Shown here: piece by piece, positions 31,676 to 43,014 of the stretch
How the letters are laid out: every line of letters starts with the position of its first letter
Numbering within the stretch: the stretch's first letter is position 1
Source of the DNA: an uncultured Nitrospiraceae bacterium
Lineage (GTDB): Bacteria > Nitrospirota > Thermodesulfovibrionia > Thermodesulfovibrionales > SM23-35
Length of the DNA: 64,000 nucleotides
Direction: 5' to 3'
NCBI GenBank assembly: GCA_963727775.1
Contig: CAVSHB010000001.1
Span: forward strand, 224,001-288,000
Program-made: the position numbers and the translations under genes
The notes under the pieces: model-generated
Databases searched by the model: none
The model's input: the letters and a program-made list of their open reading frames with translations, nothing else
Told to the model about the DNA's origin: nothing

Positions 31676-33307
31676 ATGCCATTTAAAAAGAAGCCACGCC
31701 CCCATCTCGAAATACAGACTTCCGGCAATAAGCACTACGGCGTTATTCGCACTACCTTCCGTGAGAAGGGCGAAATCAGGCACACGACACATGGGACCAT
31801 TAAGGATATGAGTCTTGAACAACTAAAGCTCATACAGGCCGCCTTCAGGGGCGATGTGCTGGTAAAGGGTTCAGCCGACGCTCACAAAATCGCGGAATCG
31901 AAAGAGTACGGCGCTTCCTATGCGGTATTGCAGTTGGCGAAGGAATTAGAGTTGGACAAGATGATTTATTCGAGATATTCCGAGCAGTGGGTTAAAGACT
32001 GTCTTGCCATGATAATCGGCCGTTTAGTATATAGCGGCAGCAAGCTGGCTTTATCGCACAGATGGGAGGACACGGCATTATGGGAACTCTGCGGGATAGA
32101 AGGGCCGGTTGACGTAGATAAGCATTGTTATGAGCCTATGGATCGTCTTTTACAGAGGCAGGATGCCATCCAAAGTACATTGGCGAAAAAGCATCTCCGA
32201 AACGGCGCGCTTGTGCTTTACGATATAACCAGCAGTTATTTTGAGGGCGAGTATGAAGACAGTGAGATCGTTAAATTCGGATATAACCGGGACGGCAAGC
32301 GGGGGCATGAACAGATGGTGATAGGGCTGCTTTGCAGTCCCGAGGGGTGCCCTGTGGGTGTGGAAGTTTTCCCTGGGAATACTCAGGATGCTCAAACGGT
32401 ACCCGATAAAATAGCTGAGGTGCAGAAAAAATATGGGATCCAGGAGATAATCTTTGTAGGTGATCGTGGAATGGTTACTCATGCCAATTACGAAAAGGTT
32501 AAGGATGTAAAAGGGCTCAATATAATATCGGCATTAACACACCACCAGATAAAAGAGCTACTGGAACGCAAGGTGATTCAGATCGATATGTTTGATGAAA
32601 AGGAGATTATTGAAGTAGTGGATCCTGAGGCGATAGGACGGCGATACTGCTTATGCCGCAATCCAAAGACCGCTACAAGGGAAGCTGTGACACGCAAAGG
32701 CTTGATTGAGGTCACCAGAAAGGCATTGGATAGCATAGCCCAATCAAAACGGAAGTCGTCAAACGAGAAGATAGCGGCAAGGGTGGGGAAGGTTCTGGGA
32801 AAGTGGAAGACAGGTAAATTTGTAGAGTGGTCAGTACAGGATGGACGTCTCACATGGAAATTAAAAACAGAGAAGATCGAGACTGAGGAATTGATTGACG
32901 GCTGTTACATCATTGCCTCCGATGTTCCTGCCGGGCTGATGGCAAAGCAGGCAATAGTGGCATCATATAAAAAGCTTGCTCTTGTAGAACAGGCGTTTCG
33001 GAACTTAAAGAGCGTACAGCTTGAGGTGCGGCCCGTTTATCACAAGACCGACGACCGAATCCGCTGTCATGTGTTTCTTTGCATGCTTGCCTACTACTTG
33101 CAGTGGCATATGAATCAGAGACTAAAGCCTCTGTTTCAGTCTGACGGAAAAAATAAACACCGCAGATGGACATTTGAGTATGTGATTGAGAGATTAAAGA
33201 GCCTGAGAAGGCAGAGACTTCAAGTGCAGGGCTCTTCGTGCCGAATTGTTTGCACCCCGGATAACAGTCAGCAAAAGATTCTTGATCTGCTCAAGGTAAA
33301 ATTGTAG
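31676..33307 (+). CDS. IS1634-family DDE transposase
   Basis: LYDITSSYFEG, FGYNRDGK, VGDRGM, VEQAFRNLK and RPVYH...RIRCHVFLCMLAY. Confidence 0.93.
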   Translation: MPFKKKPRPHLEIQTSGNKHYGVIRTTFREKGEIRHTTHGTIKDMSLEQLKLIQAAFRGDVLVKGSADAHKIAESKEYGASYAVLQLAKELELDKMIYSRYSEQWVKDCLAMIIGRLVYSGSKLALSHRWEDTALWELCGIEGPVDVDKHCYEPMDRLLQRQDAIQSTLAKKHLRNGALVLYDITSSYFEGEYEDSEIVKFGYNRDGKRGHEQMVIGLLCSPEGCPVGVEVFPGNTQDAQTVPDKIAEVQKKYGIQEIIFVGDRGMVTHANYEKVKDVKGLNIISALTHHQIKELLERKVIQIDMFDEKEIIEVVDPEAIGRRYCLCRNPKTATREAVTRKGLIEVTRKALDSIAQSKRKSSNEKIAARVGKVLGKWKTGKFVEWSVQDGRLTWKLKTEKIETEELIDGCYIIASDVPAGLMAKQAIVASYKKLALVEQAFRNLKSVQLEVRPVYHKTDDRIRCHVFLCMLAYYLQWHMNQRLKPLFQSDGKNKHRRWTFEYVIERLKSLRRQRLQVQGSSCRIVCTPDNSQQKILDLLKVKL

Positions 33308-34960
33308 CCATTTTCTTGAAATTAGAAATCGCCTTCAAATCATTGCAGCATATGGAGTTCCTCGTAGTTTTTAAAAAGAAAATACGACAAAAGGGAAATC
33401 CCCCTTTTCAATGGCAATGCGGCAGGCTTGCTCAAAGAGCGCCTGCAGATCACGTTCACGTACGATAGCCTGATTGATGTCGCTCAGCATGGCAAGGGTC
33501 CGGGTTAGTTTTCGAATACGTTCTTCCGCTTGTTTGCGCTCGGTGATGTCTTCAATTGTTGCCATGGTACGCAGAGGTTGTCCGTCTGCGTCCCGGAGAA
33601 CGGTCATATTGACATTCACCCAGACCAGAGAGCCGTCCTTACGCACATAGCGCTTCTCCAGACGGTAATCCGGCGCTTCGCCACGAACAACGCCTTGAAA
33701 TGCCTCCCAATCGCGCTCCCGGTCTTCAGGGTGCGTAATCTCTGGGACACGCATCTGAAGCATCTCGTCGGCTGAGTAGCCGGTAATGGAGCACATCTTC
33801 CGGTTCACGCGGAGCCATTGTCCGGTATTTATGTCAGCCTGTGCAATACCGATCGAGGCCATCTCGAACATTGCGCGGAATTGTTCCTCGCTCTCGCGCA
33901 GCGCTTCAGCGGCCTCATACCTTTCCTGGTAGAAGCGCGCTCGCTGATGTCTCCATACACAACCAACGCCTGCACCCGCGCATATCAGCAGGGCGCCTAT
34001 GAGAATTACTACCTCCCAGAGTCTCTCTCTCAGCGGTGCGTACACTTCCGCTATATCCATGCGGGCAACCAGAAACCACGGCGAATTAGGGACATCACGC
34101 ACATAGGCGAGCACCGGCACACCACTATAGTCTCTGCCTTCGACAATCCCTTTCTGTCCTATCGCTGCCTTTACAGCAGGTGTCTCCGTTTTCGATATCG
34201 GAATCCGCAAATTGAGGGCGGCATTCTTTTGGAATTTGAGTTCATTAAGGAAAACAACTTCATTCCCTTCGCTGCGGACGATCAGGGTCTCGGCGGTACG
34301 GCTGGACATGGGCCAGCGGCTGATAAAAGGATAGAGATATTTCTCCGGATCGATCCTGAAGACGAGAAGTCCTATAGCCCGGCTGCTATCCTGACCGTCG
34401 AGAATGGGAACCAAAACCTCCAGGCGGATGGCGCGATCCGGTGCATCGCGATGAAAATCAAGGAAAGTCATCTGCCCCGAACGAAGGGTTTCGGAAGCAT
34501 CCTGCAAAAGATGGGGAGAGATCGGTTCGGATGTAGCAGGGACAGCCATACGCTCGACGCCCTTGGTATCCAGCAGGAAGATCCTGTCGTAGTCATAAGC
34601 CGCCTGGAACTGACTAATCCACGTCCTAAGCTTGGTCCGCGCCTCCGCGTCCCCCGGTGTTTTGAGATACTGCCGCACCCGGGCCGTGAAGTTGTCGTTC
34701 TTGTAAAAAACAGCGGCATCCCCCAACCGCTCTTTTCTCCAATTCACCAATTCATCCACTTTCAGTTCCGCAACGGACGAAAGCTGACGCTCCACCCCGG
34801 CACGGAATTGCCTTTCGTAATTCCGGTAATAGAAATAACCGGCAGCAATAATCCCTAAAGCCAGTACCACAAAGACCAGAATCACCTTATTGGCAGCGCG
34901 CTTGTCTACTGGTTCGACCCTGACGCTCTTTGACCATGCCCGCCGGCCGGCAAACACTAA

Positions 34961-36911
34961 CAGGAGTTTAAGGGGTAACCTCTAAAAAGTCTCACAGATC
35001 TAACAATGACAAGGCTTTAGCTGGTTTTGGGGTGTAAGACCCCACTGGCATTTACTGAGAAACCAAAAGCCGATAGGACTTCGGCTTGGGTCTTCGTCGG
35101 TATCTCTATCTGGCGGCCAGCCTTTCTTCCGCCTTCCTTTAAAAGCAGTACAGAATGTAGATTCCGCATGTCCTCCATGACGTCTTCCGCTGTGCGATGA
35201 ATACCTGTGGCATTAAGTTTCAACTCAATCCGCCGCAAATATGTCATAGCGACAACACAACTGAACAGGTGACAGCGTATCTTGCTGTCGGTCCAGTGTC
35301 TTATGGGCCGCATGGCAACCAGATCGTCTTCTTTGCTAAGCCGGAAGCGGCTCTCCACTTGCCATCGGTCGAGGCTGGCTTTTACTATAGCCGTTGTGGT
35401 CCAATCCACGTTGTCGGTGATAATGATGTTCTTGCCGAGCATTATGCGCTTTCGCTCGATGGCCGTCCCATCTCTCCGGAAACTCATACCCAAACCTTCT
35501 GCCGTCTGAGAGAACTCCAGGGCGTAGAAATCGCTCGGCACGTGAAAACGCTCACAGAGACGCAGATATCTTTCTCGGATCGCTTCCTGTTTGCGCCAAT
35601 GAGGTTCTTTATTACGAACCTTTGACCTCATGGCAAGGAGTTCCTGTCGGATCGCATCCAGTTTACTGTCAAGCGTGTAGGTTTGCTTTCTTGCCGTTAT
35701 CGGATTATACGTTACCACTACCGCCCGTTGCTTGCCCCAGTATTCGCCCTTTGTTCGGTACACGAGCATGCGGTCCTCCTTCTTCCCCTTCTGTAGCAGT
35801 AGCCGATTCTTCTCCGTGTCCGCCGGCTCAAAGACATCCAAAGACGTCATGGCCAGTTCCTCGGCGAAGTAGGTTGAATACGTCGTCACAAAATGTATGC
35901 GGGAGTGCTCGTCTATCCAAGCGAAATTGCCCTCGGAGTTCATCCCTTTGTCTATCACGACGGTAAGTTTTTGTTTCGTCTTGTTCAGTCCGCATACGAC
36001 TCCGAACATCTCATCCATGACCGCCTCAAACTGACGACTGTCATGGAGATTGCCCGGATAGGCGCAATAGTACAACGGCAGCCGGCTATCGCGCGATACC
36101 AGAAGCCCTAATCCGATCTGCCGGAGATTATGTCGTCCTTCCTTGTTCTTCCCCCGGCGAGCAAGCTCAGAGGGCGTATCACTCGCCATAAAGGTGTAGT
36201 AGTTCGTGGTATCGAACAGCAGACAGTCGGCATTAGGGGATTCAAGCTCCCAGATGCTCTCAAAGAATCGCCGGGCAATTGTCTTGAGTGCAGCTTCCGA
36301 TACCCTGTCCCACTTTTCCCAGTAGCGTTGACTGGTGAACTCATCAATATCAACAGGACGAATCTGCTGGACAGCCGTTCGCCCATACCATTGGGCAAGC
36401 TTGTTCTTGCTGGTGCTCTCGCACATCCGATTCCATATGCAGTACAAAAAATACTCTCCTACGGACGGACCTTCCTCCTGAGTACCCCTCTGGATCTCCT
36501 TGTCTACAATGCCCACAAGGTCAACATCTTGGCTAACTTGATGGGCCAGCCACAATGCTCCGAACTCTTCCACTTTGAGCCTGACTGCCGCCTCTGCAGA
36601 GCCTGCCACGAGACCAGCCACCCGTTCAGGAGAGCCGATGTATATTTGGGAGACTACCTTAGGCTTCCCTCCAACGCGGGCAATCTCGCGCACATAGAGG
36701 TAGGGTCTTCCCTTTTTCGTCTTGATATGGAAATGTGCCATGTCAAATACTACCATGGTAGGGTCTTACATGTCAAGCATAAAATGCATTTAAAACGCAC
36801 AAATAATGGGTTTGTTATACAATAATGTAGGGTCTTACAGTAAGTCGTCGGAAAAAGCTAGTAATTTCCAGCGGTTGGAGAGTTCAAATGCAGTTACCCC
36901 TTAAACTCCTG
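34961..36911 (-). mobile_element. IS1634-family insertion sequence (1,951 bp)
   Basis: Perfect 19-bp TIRs CAGGAGTTTAAGGGGTAAC; 5-bp target duplication ACTAA at 34956-34960 and 36912-36916. Confidence 0.93.
35017..36741 (-). CDS. IS1634-family DDE transposase
   Basis: LFDTTNYY, RGKNKEGR...RQIGLGL, VIDKGMNS, VESRFR and RPIRHWTDSKIRCH. Confidence 0.92.
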   Translation of the reverse strand: MAHFHIKTKKGRPYLYVREIARVGGKPKVVSQIYIGSPERVAGLVAGSAEAAVRLKVEEFGALWLAHQVSQDVDLVGIVDKEIQRGTQEEGPSVGEYFLYCIWNRMCESTSKNKLAQWYGRTAVQQIRPVDIDEFTSQRYWEKWDRVSEAALKTIARRFFESIWELESPNADCLLFDTTNYYTFMASDTPSELARRGKNKEGRHNLRQIGLGLLVSRDSRLPLYYCAYPGNLHDSRQFEAVMDEMFGVVCGLNKTKQKLTVVIDKGMNSEGNFAWIDEHSRIHFVTTYSTYFAEELAMTSLDVFEPADTEKNRLLLQKGKKEDRMLVYRTKGEYWGKQRAVVVTYNPITARKQTYTLDSKLDAIRQELLAMRSKVRNKEPHWRKQEAIRERYLRLCERFHVPSDFYALEFSQTAEGLGMSFRRDGTAIERKRIMLGKNIIITDNVDWTTTAIVKASLDRWQVESRFRLSKEDDLVAMRPIRHWTDSKIRCHLFSCVVAMTYLRRIELKLNATGIHRTAEDVMEDMRNLHSVLLLKEGGRKAGRQIEIPTKTQAEVLSAFGFSVNASGVLHPKTS

Positions 36912-37660
36912 ACTAATAGAGCTACCCCAAGAAAGACGAAAGCCAGAGAAGTTGATAACGCAGGCGGAATGAATTGTCCGCCGTAGAGGAGGGGCGTTCC
37001 AAGAAGATAGGCCAGGAGCAGTACAAGGCTTGTCAGAATTATGAGGCAGGCCAGCCAAAAGGCTGCTATTGCGCGTCCCGGTGAGGCTGTGGTCGAGGAC
37101 AAAGCCGTCAATAATGAGAAACCGACGAGCACAAAGTATAACGCCGTCAGCGGTGAGATCTGCCCGATCGGGACCCCGTCTGTTGTCCCTGTGATGGGGA
37201 TTCCGAGGTGTTCGGCGTTCAAATGGATGCCCAGATAAGACAAGAAGAACAACAGCACGGCTATGAATGTGCCTATCGAACCAATGGATCTCCAAATCCC
37301 GTATATATTGCGGTTTAGAGGCTTGCGGACACAGAAATAAACTGCGCTTCCATACAATATGAATAACAGCGCGGCACTCGGCGCCATCGGTACCGGTGAC
37401 CCAAAGCTGGCGAGAAGCAGATGTCCTGTAATCCATCCAAGAAGGGCGACGAGCCCCGAAACAGCCGCAAGCGCTCCACATGCCTGAGCAAGTGCATTCA
37501 ACACGTGACCTTCTTTTAGTTCGTCAGCGCCATTCATCGTCATTTATCTCGTCTTATTGATTCTTCTATCAACAGGAGGAATATCAAGAAAAGCTTAAAG
37601 GGTACTTTTCATCATTTTGATTATATCAACTATAAGAAAATTTGCAACTGCAATGCCCGA

Positions 37661-38960
37661 ATTGACTCAAATTAAATGTTACCGAAGTAAGGAGTAAAAA
37701 GGTATCGTTGACTCATAATGCATGTTACCGAAAAAACATGCATAGAAAGGGACTGCATTATGAGCTCAAAATCGAAGAGAGAATATCTTGAAGCGGTATA
37801 CCTGAGGTACAAAAAAGCATCTCGAAAGAAGAAGGCACTTATCCTGGATGAATTTTGCGCTGCCTGCAGATATCATCGGAAACACGCTATCCGGCTGCTA
37901 AGGAAATTTACCCGTTATATCAAACCAAAAAAGAAGAAGAGAGGGAGAAGACCTTTATACAACAAAGAAGCTATCGTTAAACCCCTGAAGAAGATCTGGC
38001 TATCAGCAAATCTTCCCTGCTCCAAGAGACTGAAAGCCATATTAGTATTATGGCTTCCCGGCTATGTTCAGGAATATGGAAATCTTCCCTCAGAAGTTAC
38101 CAAATCACTCTTGACCGTATCTCCTGCCACTATTGATAGACTTCTAAAACCGGTCAGAGTGAAATATAAAGGGCGGGGCAGGTCTACCACAAAGCCGGGA
38201 ACACTCTTAAGGAAGCAGATACCGATAAAGACAAACCAGTGGGATGAATCCCGTCCGGGGTTTCTGGAAGCTGATACCGTTGCTCATTGCGGCACATCTA
38301 TGTCCGGTATGTTTGCCTTCACCATAGACTGTGTAGACATTGCTACTGGCTGGACTGAACAAAGAGCGGTATGGGGCAAAGGTGAAACAGAGGTGTTAGA
38401 GCAAATCAAAGACATTGAGGTATCTCTCCCGTTCCCATTGCGCGGATTCGACTCTGATAACGGTAGTGAGTTTCTCAATTATCACCTTCTGAGACATTTT
38501 ACGGAAAGAGAACAAAGAGTACAGTTTACTCGGAGCAGAGCATATCACAAAGACGATAACTCACATATCGAACAGAAAAACTGGACGCATGTCAGACAGT
38601 GGCTTGGATATCACCGGTTCGATATCCCTGAGATTGTTCCGCTTCTCAATGATCTCTATAAGACGGAATGGAGATTGTTTCATAATTTCTCTGCCCTTCT
38701 GTGAAGCTTATCGCAAAACAACGGATTGCCTCAAAAACGATAAAGCGCTATGATAATCCCAAGACGCCTTATCAGAGGGTCATGGATTCACCGGATATCG
38801 ATCCCTCTACAAAACAGAAGCTTACAAAGCAGTTTGAAAAGTTGAATCCATTTCACTTGAGAAAGGCCATGGAAGATAAGCTGAAAAAGATCTTCCTTTT
38901 ATGCTACAAAAACTCACGCTGAGTCACCGATCCTTCGGTAACATTTTCTTATGAGTCAAC
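37661..38960 (+). mobile_element. IS with integrase-core (rve) transposase, ISNCY/IS481-like
   Basis: Inverted ends: TTGACTCA(n)ATGTTACCGAA (two copies, at 37662 and 37708) versus TTCGGTAACAT(n)TGAGTCAAC at 38934-38960. Confidence 0.75.
37760..38922 (+). pseudogene. Integrase-core transposase with a 1-nt deletion frameshift near 38690
   Basis: PGFLEADTVAHCG, DSDNGSEF and DNSHIEQKN motifs. The expected HNFFCPSVKL is split between ORFs 37718..38704 and 38701..38922. Confidence 0.8.
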
Positions 38961-38964
38961 TGGT

Positions 38965-39060
38965 GCCTACCTTTCACCGCATGACCTCCGAAGACATTCA
39001 GCAGTTATACTGAAGCGTCAGGACCTGGAAACCACTAAGGTGTATCTCGGCAGATATCGA
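38965..39060 (+). pseudogene. Tyrosine recombinase C-terminal remnant
   Basis: Reads YLSPHDLRRHSA-VILKRQDLETTKVYLG: the HxLRR box and catalytic-Tyr box with an internal deletion. Confidence 0.65.
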
Positions 39061-39131
39061 CTCGATACCGGTTCTCAGCTTTTGGCCCGAATTGGAAGCC
39101 GGGGGAACCGCTGCATAAATCTCCGTCAAGT

Positions 39132-39362
39132 TCAATCATCGTCCATCCACTTCAGTTCGGTCTTACCGTCATGACCGTGAATTTTGATCATCTGTTCGAC
39201 GGTATCATATACCGTTACCGAGGGGATATCTTTAATGGTCCAGGCAAGAACGCACTTCCCCGAAGAAAACTGCACTCCCTCCGCTATCTTCCCAACGCCC
39301 GAGATGCCTGTCTTGTCCTCATATCTGATCATCTCAAATCTTCTAAAGCTATAGGGTTTCAT
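39132..39362 (-). CDS. Small hypothetical protein, phage-associated-like family
   Basis: RRFEMIRYEDKTGISGVGKIAEGVQFSSGKCVLAW...IHGHDGKT pattern, recalled from phage proteins and not verified. Confidence 0.6.
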   Translation of the reverse strand: MKPYSFRRFEMIRYEDKTGISGVGKIAEGVQFSSGKCVLAWTIKDIPSVTVYDTVEQMIKIHGHDGKTELKWMDDD

Positions 39363-39462
39363 ATCGGGCCACCAGGTTTCTTTTTGCAACATGGTGCAAT
39401 CATGCTTTCACCGATAACCTAAATTGGTTATAAGAAAGCGGCGGATTACTTTGTAGAAAATT

Positions 39463-39804
39463 TTACAACCCCAATGCCTCCGCTACCCTCTTTCTCTGTT
39501 TCTCTATAGCTTTCTGCCCCTGGTCAAGATTCTTCAAAATCTCCTTTTTTGCGCTGTCAGAGAGGTCTTTGCCCTGCTCGATGATATCCGTGACCCTGTC
39601 TTTTACATCATCGGCAAAATCATTGATACTGTCAACCGCATCTTCCACTAAATGGACAGTCTCCTTTTTTATCCGGCGCGCGGTCTTCGCGATATCTTTC
39701 CGTGTTTCCTTGCCCGATTTAGGCGCATAGAGCAAAGCAAATGTAGCGCCGGCCAATCCTCCCAACAAAAAAGCCCCTGCGATCTTTCTATAATCGTTTT
39801 CCAT
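39463..39804 (-). CDS. YtxH domain protein
   Basis: FLLGGLAGATFALLYAPKSGKETR; AGGAGG SD. Confidence 0.88.
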   Translation of the reverse strand: MENDYRKIAGAFLLGGLAGATFALLYAPKSGKETRKDIAKTARRIKKETVHLVEDAVDSINDFADDVKDRVTDIIEQGKDLSDSAKKEILKNLDQGQKAIEKQRKRVAEALGL

Positions 39805-39977
39805 TTTATCCTCCTTTATTTATGGCGTTGTCTAAACTTTAGCAAGTACCGGCGACAGAGTCAACCTGTTAGATTCCCATCCATAGAAATAATTTAAGCC
39901 GCCGGTGTCTGCAACGAAGAAAAGCACGGCATTCTGAAAAAGATTGCTTTTTTAACCGATTTCGTTAATATTTAATA

Positions 39978-41861
39978 ATGGCTGAAACCAAAAAAAGCAT
40001 GTCCGATATTATGAAAAGCCCTCAGTGGAAAATCGGCATGGGCATCCTGATCTTTTTTCTTTTCCTCTATCTTTGGAACCAGTTTTTTACCTTAGGGCGT
40101 CCTGAACAATACAGCATTACTTATAGCCAGTTTCTTGAACAGCTGAACACAGGTAACATTAAATCTATCACCATAAAAAACCACCAGGTGAATGGGGAGT
40201 TTATCAAGAAAACAGATTTGCAATTGCATGATGAAAAACAGACTGTATCAATAAAAAATTTTCTGACCTTTCTGCCTTCCTTCCAGGGTGAAGATCTTCT
40301 CAAAAAGCTTCAGGAGAAGAATGTTGCAGTCACTGTCGAACCCTCCGAGAAGGGGTCCATACTCTGGCAGCTGCTAATCGGGGTATTGCCGTGGCTGCTG
40401 ATCATCGGGGTCTGGGTGCTGATCATGAAACGTGCGCAGCAGATGCAGGGAGGACCCGGGGGGCTTTTTAGTTTTGCCTCAAGCAAAGCAAAACTTTTCG
40501 ATGCGAGTAAAAGCAATATAACATTCAAAGACGTTGCCGGTATGGACAATGTAAAACAGGAACTGAGGGAGACGATAGAATACCTGAAAGACGCCTCCAA
40601 ATTCAGGCGTCTCGGCGCAAAGGTCCCTAAGGGAGTGCTTTTGGTAGGACCGCCCGGCACGGGGAAAACCCTTCTGGCCCGCGCGGTTGCGGGTGAGGCC
40701 GCAGTGCCGTTTTACAACATCAGCGCATCGGAATTCATAGAAATGTTCGTCGGGGTCGGAGCTTCCCGTGTAAGGGACATGTTCAAGAAAGCAAAGGAGT
40801 CCCAGCCGAGCATCATTTTCATAGACGAGATCGACGCCGTCGGCCGAACGCGCGGCGCAGGTATGGGCGGAGGTCATGATGAACGTGAGCAGACCCTTAA
40901 TCAGCTTCTGAGTGAGATGGACGGCTTCGAGTCCCATGAAGAGGTGATTGTAATGGCGGCTACAAACAGGCCGGATGTGCTCGACCCCGCGCTGCTCAGA
41001 CCGGGACGTTTCGACAGGCATATCGTAATCGACAGGCCGGGCATGAAGGAACGCAAGGCGATCCTTGAAGTCCACACAAAAAATAAGGTTGTATCGGAAA
41101 ATATTGACCTTGAAAAAATGGCGAGGGGGACCCCCGGCATGACCGGCGCCGACCTTGAGAATATGGCAAATGAAGCTGCGCTTATCGCTATAAGAAAAAA
41201 TAAGGACAAGATAGATATGAGCGATTTTGAAGAAGCAAGGGACATAATACTCATGGGTTCAGTCAGGGAGGAAACAATAAGCGAAACAGAAAAACGTATA
41301 ACTGCCTATCACGAGGCTGGGCATGCATTGGCGGCATGGAGCCTTCCCGGGACAGACCCCTTGCATAAAGTCAGCATCATCCCGCGCGGGATGGCCATGG
41401 GCGTGACCCAGTTACTGCCTGAAGAAGACAGGCACTATTATCCAAAGACGTATCTCATGAACAGGCTGAGCGTTGCGCTTGCCGGAAGAGTTGCGGAAAA
41501 AATGGTATTTAATGATACGAGCAGCGGAGCGCAGAGTGATCTGAAGGAAGCTACCGATCTCGCCGAAAAAATGGTTGCCCAGTGGGGGATGAGCGACAAA
41601 GTCGGTCCAATAAGCCTCGGGAGAGGAGAGGAACATCCCTTCCTGGGGAGAGAGCTTGCGTTGCCGAAGCGATACAGTGAAGAAATGGCATGGATGATGG
41701 ACCAGGAAATCCGCGCACTGATAACCAGCGCAGAATCAAAAGCTGAAGAGGTTTTGAAGGATAAAAGACAGGTGCTTGATAACCTGGCTGACGCGCTCAT
41801 AAAAGAAGAAGTCCTCGACAAAGACGATATAGAGCGGATAATTAAGGAATCAACTCAATAA
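39978..41861 (+). CDS. ftsH: ATP-dependent zinc metalloprotease FtsH
   Basis: Two TM helices, [15 protein letters not shown], the SRH motif and HEAGH. Confidence 0.97.
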   Translation: MAETKKSMSDIMKSPQWKIGMGILIFFLFLYLWNQFFTLGRPEQYSITYSQFLEQLNTGNIKSITIKNHQVNGEFIKKTDLQLHDEKQTVSIKNFLTFLPSFQGEDLLKKLQEKNVAVTVEPSEKGSILWQLLIGVLPWLLIIGVWVLIMKRAQQMQGGPGGLFSFASSKAKLFDASKSNITFKDVAGMDNVKQELRETIEYLKDASKFRRLGAKVPKGVLLVGPPGTGKTLLARAVAGEAAVPFYNISASEFIEMFVGVGASRVRDMFKKAKESQPSIIFIDEIDAVGRTRGAGMGGGHDEREQTLNQLLSEMDGFESHEEVIVMAATNRPDVLDPALLRPGRFDRHIVIDRPGMKERKAILEVHTKNKVVSENIDLEKMARGTPGMTGADLENMANEAALIAIRKNKDKIDMSDFEEARDIILMGSVREETISETEKRITAYHEAGHALAAWSLPGTDPLHKVSIIPRGMAMGVTQLLPEEDRHYYPKTYLMNRLSVALAGRVAEKMVFNDTSSGAQSDLKEATDLAEKMVAQWGMSDKVGPISLGRGEEHPFLGRELALPKRYSEEMAWMMDQEIRALITSAESKAEEVLKDKRQVLDNLADALIKEEVLDKDDIERIIKESTQ

Positions 41862-41867
41862 TCTGCG

Positions 41868-42629
41868 CTAACGATACAGGTCGGCAAGCCTTGCGAACTC
41901 CTCAATGCTTAAGGTCTCCGGCCTTCTGACCGGATCTATTCCGGCACTGGACAGCCATCCTTTTACGTCCGTGCTCAGACTTTTCAGAGAGTTCGAGAGC
42001 ATCTTTCTCCTTTGAGAAAATGATGTCTTTACAAGCTTGAAAAAAAACTTTTCATCTTTCACATCGATCGAAGGCCTCTCAAGGATTTCCATACATATAA
42101 CGGCGGAATCCACTTTCGGCACAGGTCTGAATGCCTCTCTCGGGATTATAAACTTCAGCTCCGGTTTTGCATAATATTGCACCATTATCGAAAGCACGCC
42201 GTAATCCTTTCCACCCGGTTTCGCAACAATCCTTTCAGCGACCTCTTTCTGAATTGTCAGTGTCATGGACTTCAGGTTCTGTCTTGTATCAATGAGCCTG
42301 AAGATAATAGGAGTTGTAATGTAATAAGGGATATTTGCAACGACCCTGAATTCGGGCAGGCTTTCATATGGATATTCAAGGGCGTCTCCATGTATCAATT
42401 CGACATTATGATATCCTTCAAGCGCTGTCTGCAATTTTTCATACAACCTGTCATCCAGCTCGATTGCAATGACCTTCTCGACTTTTGCGGCAAGCATTTT
42501 TGTGAGGATACCAAGGCCGGGGCCTATTTCAGCAACAACATTTTCCGGATCAAGCTGCGCCGCATGAATAATCCTCCCGATTATTTCAGGATGATAAAGA
42601 AAGTTCTGTCCTAAGGATTTTTTTGCCAT
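41868..42629 (-). CDS. rsmA: 16S rRNA m6,2A1518/1519 dimethyltransferase
   Basis: KSLGQNFL, EIGPGLG, VANIPYYIT and FSQRRKML. Confidence 0.96.
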   Translation of the reverse strand: MAKKSLGQNFLYHPEIIGRIIHAAQLDPENVVAEIGPGLGILTKMLAAKVEKVIAIELDDRLYEKLQTALEGYHNVELIHGDALEYPYESLPEFRVVANIPYYITTPIIFRLIDTRQNLKSMTLTIQKEVAERIVAKPGGKDYGVLSIMVQYYAKPELKFIIPREAFRPVPKVDSAVICMEILERPSIDVKDEKFFFKLVKTSFSQRRKMLSNSLKSLSTDVKGWLSSAGIDPVRRPETLSIEEFARLADLYR

Positions 42630-42686
42630 TTGTTTGATAACAGACAAGCTTATAAGCTCTTGATATCATACCATGCCTTTATCACT

Positions 42687-42851
42687 CTAACCCACACTAT
42701 TCATAAGATTGCTGACAGATGCAGTATTTAAGCGGTTTTAAATTCTTTTAAAGAAAGAATTTACCTCGGAGGCCCGATTCGTACCGGGTCGAGAATGAGC
42801 GCAAATACTGTATTTGTCGGTACCACAAATTTTATAAATTGAGTGGGTTAA
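42687..42851 (+). repeat. Dispersed structured repeat, copy 2
   Basis: Same element as 9307-9472. The four substitutions in the long stem all give G.U pairs. Ends are TAACCCAC / GTGGGTTA. Confidence 0.9.
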
Positions 42852-42878
42852 ACAATGATTATTCATACTGCATGGAAT

Positions 42879-42991
42879 ATCAGAGCAGATGCTGTATCAT
42901 CGCTCATTCTCGGTCCCGAAAGCTTTCGGGACCTCCGAGGTATCCCGATCAAATCGGGATAAAGCCGCTCTGATACAGCATCTGCTCTGAT
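42879..42991 (-). repeat. Dispersed structured repeat, divergent covariant copy 3
   Basis: Same core (AGCGGCTTT, ACCTCGGAGG and CCGAGAATGAGCG on the minus strand), but all three stems have different, still perfectly paired sequence. Confidence 0.85.
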
Positions 42992-43014
42992 CGATCAAAA
43001 TTATTCAGATTAGA

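Larger units (their letters stand above)
31541..33386 (+). mobile_element. IS1634-family insertion sequence (1,846 bp)
   Basis: TIRs CGTATTTTCTTTT / AAAAGAAAATACG; 6-bp target duplication ACAAAA at 31535-31540 and 33387-33392. Confidence 0.93.
29597..37543 (-). pseudogene. Membrane PAS/GAF hybrid histidine kinase-receiver (~1,378 aa when repaired), split by two IS and one frameshift
   Basis: Segments 37543-36912, 34955-33387 and 31534-29597 join in frame after IS removal (GVALL|VFAGRR; GDFPF|VWIGLID). A T7 tract at 31014-31020 shifts the frame. Motifs [17 protein letters not shown] and GTGLGL, plus a C-terminal receiver. Confidence 0.9.

Noticed and set aside
38965..39060. Recombinase remnant as the integron integrase for the higBA cassette
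   Set aside because: It is too short, shows no IntI-specific features, and is separated from the cassette by core genes.
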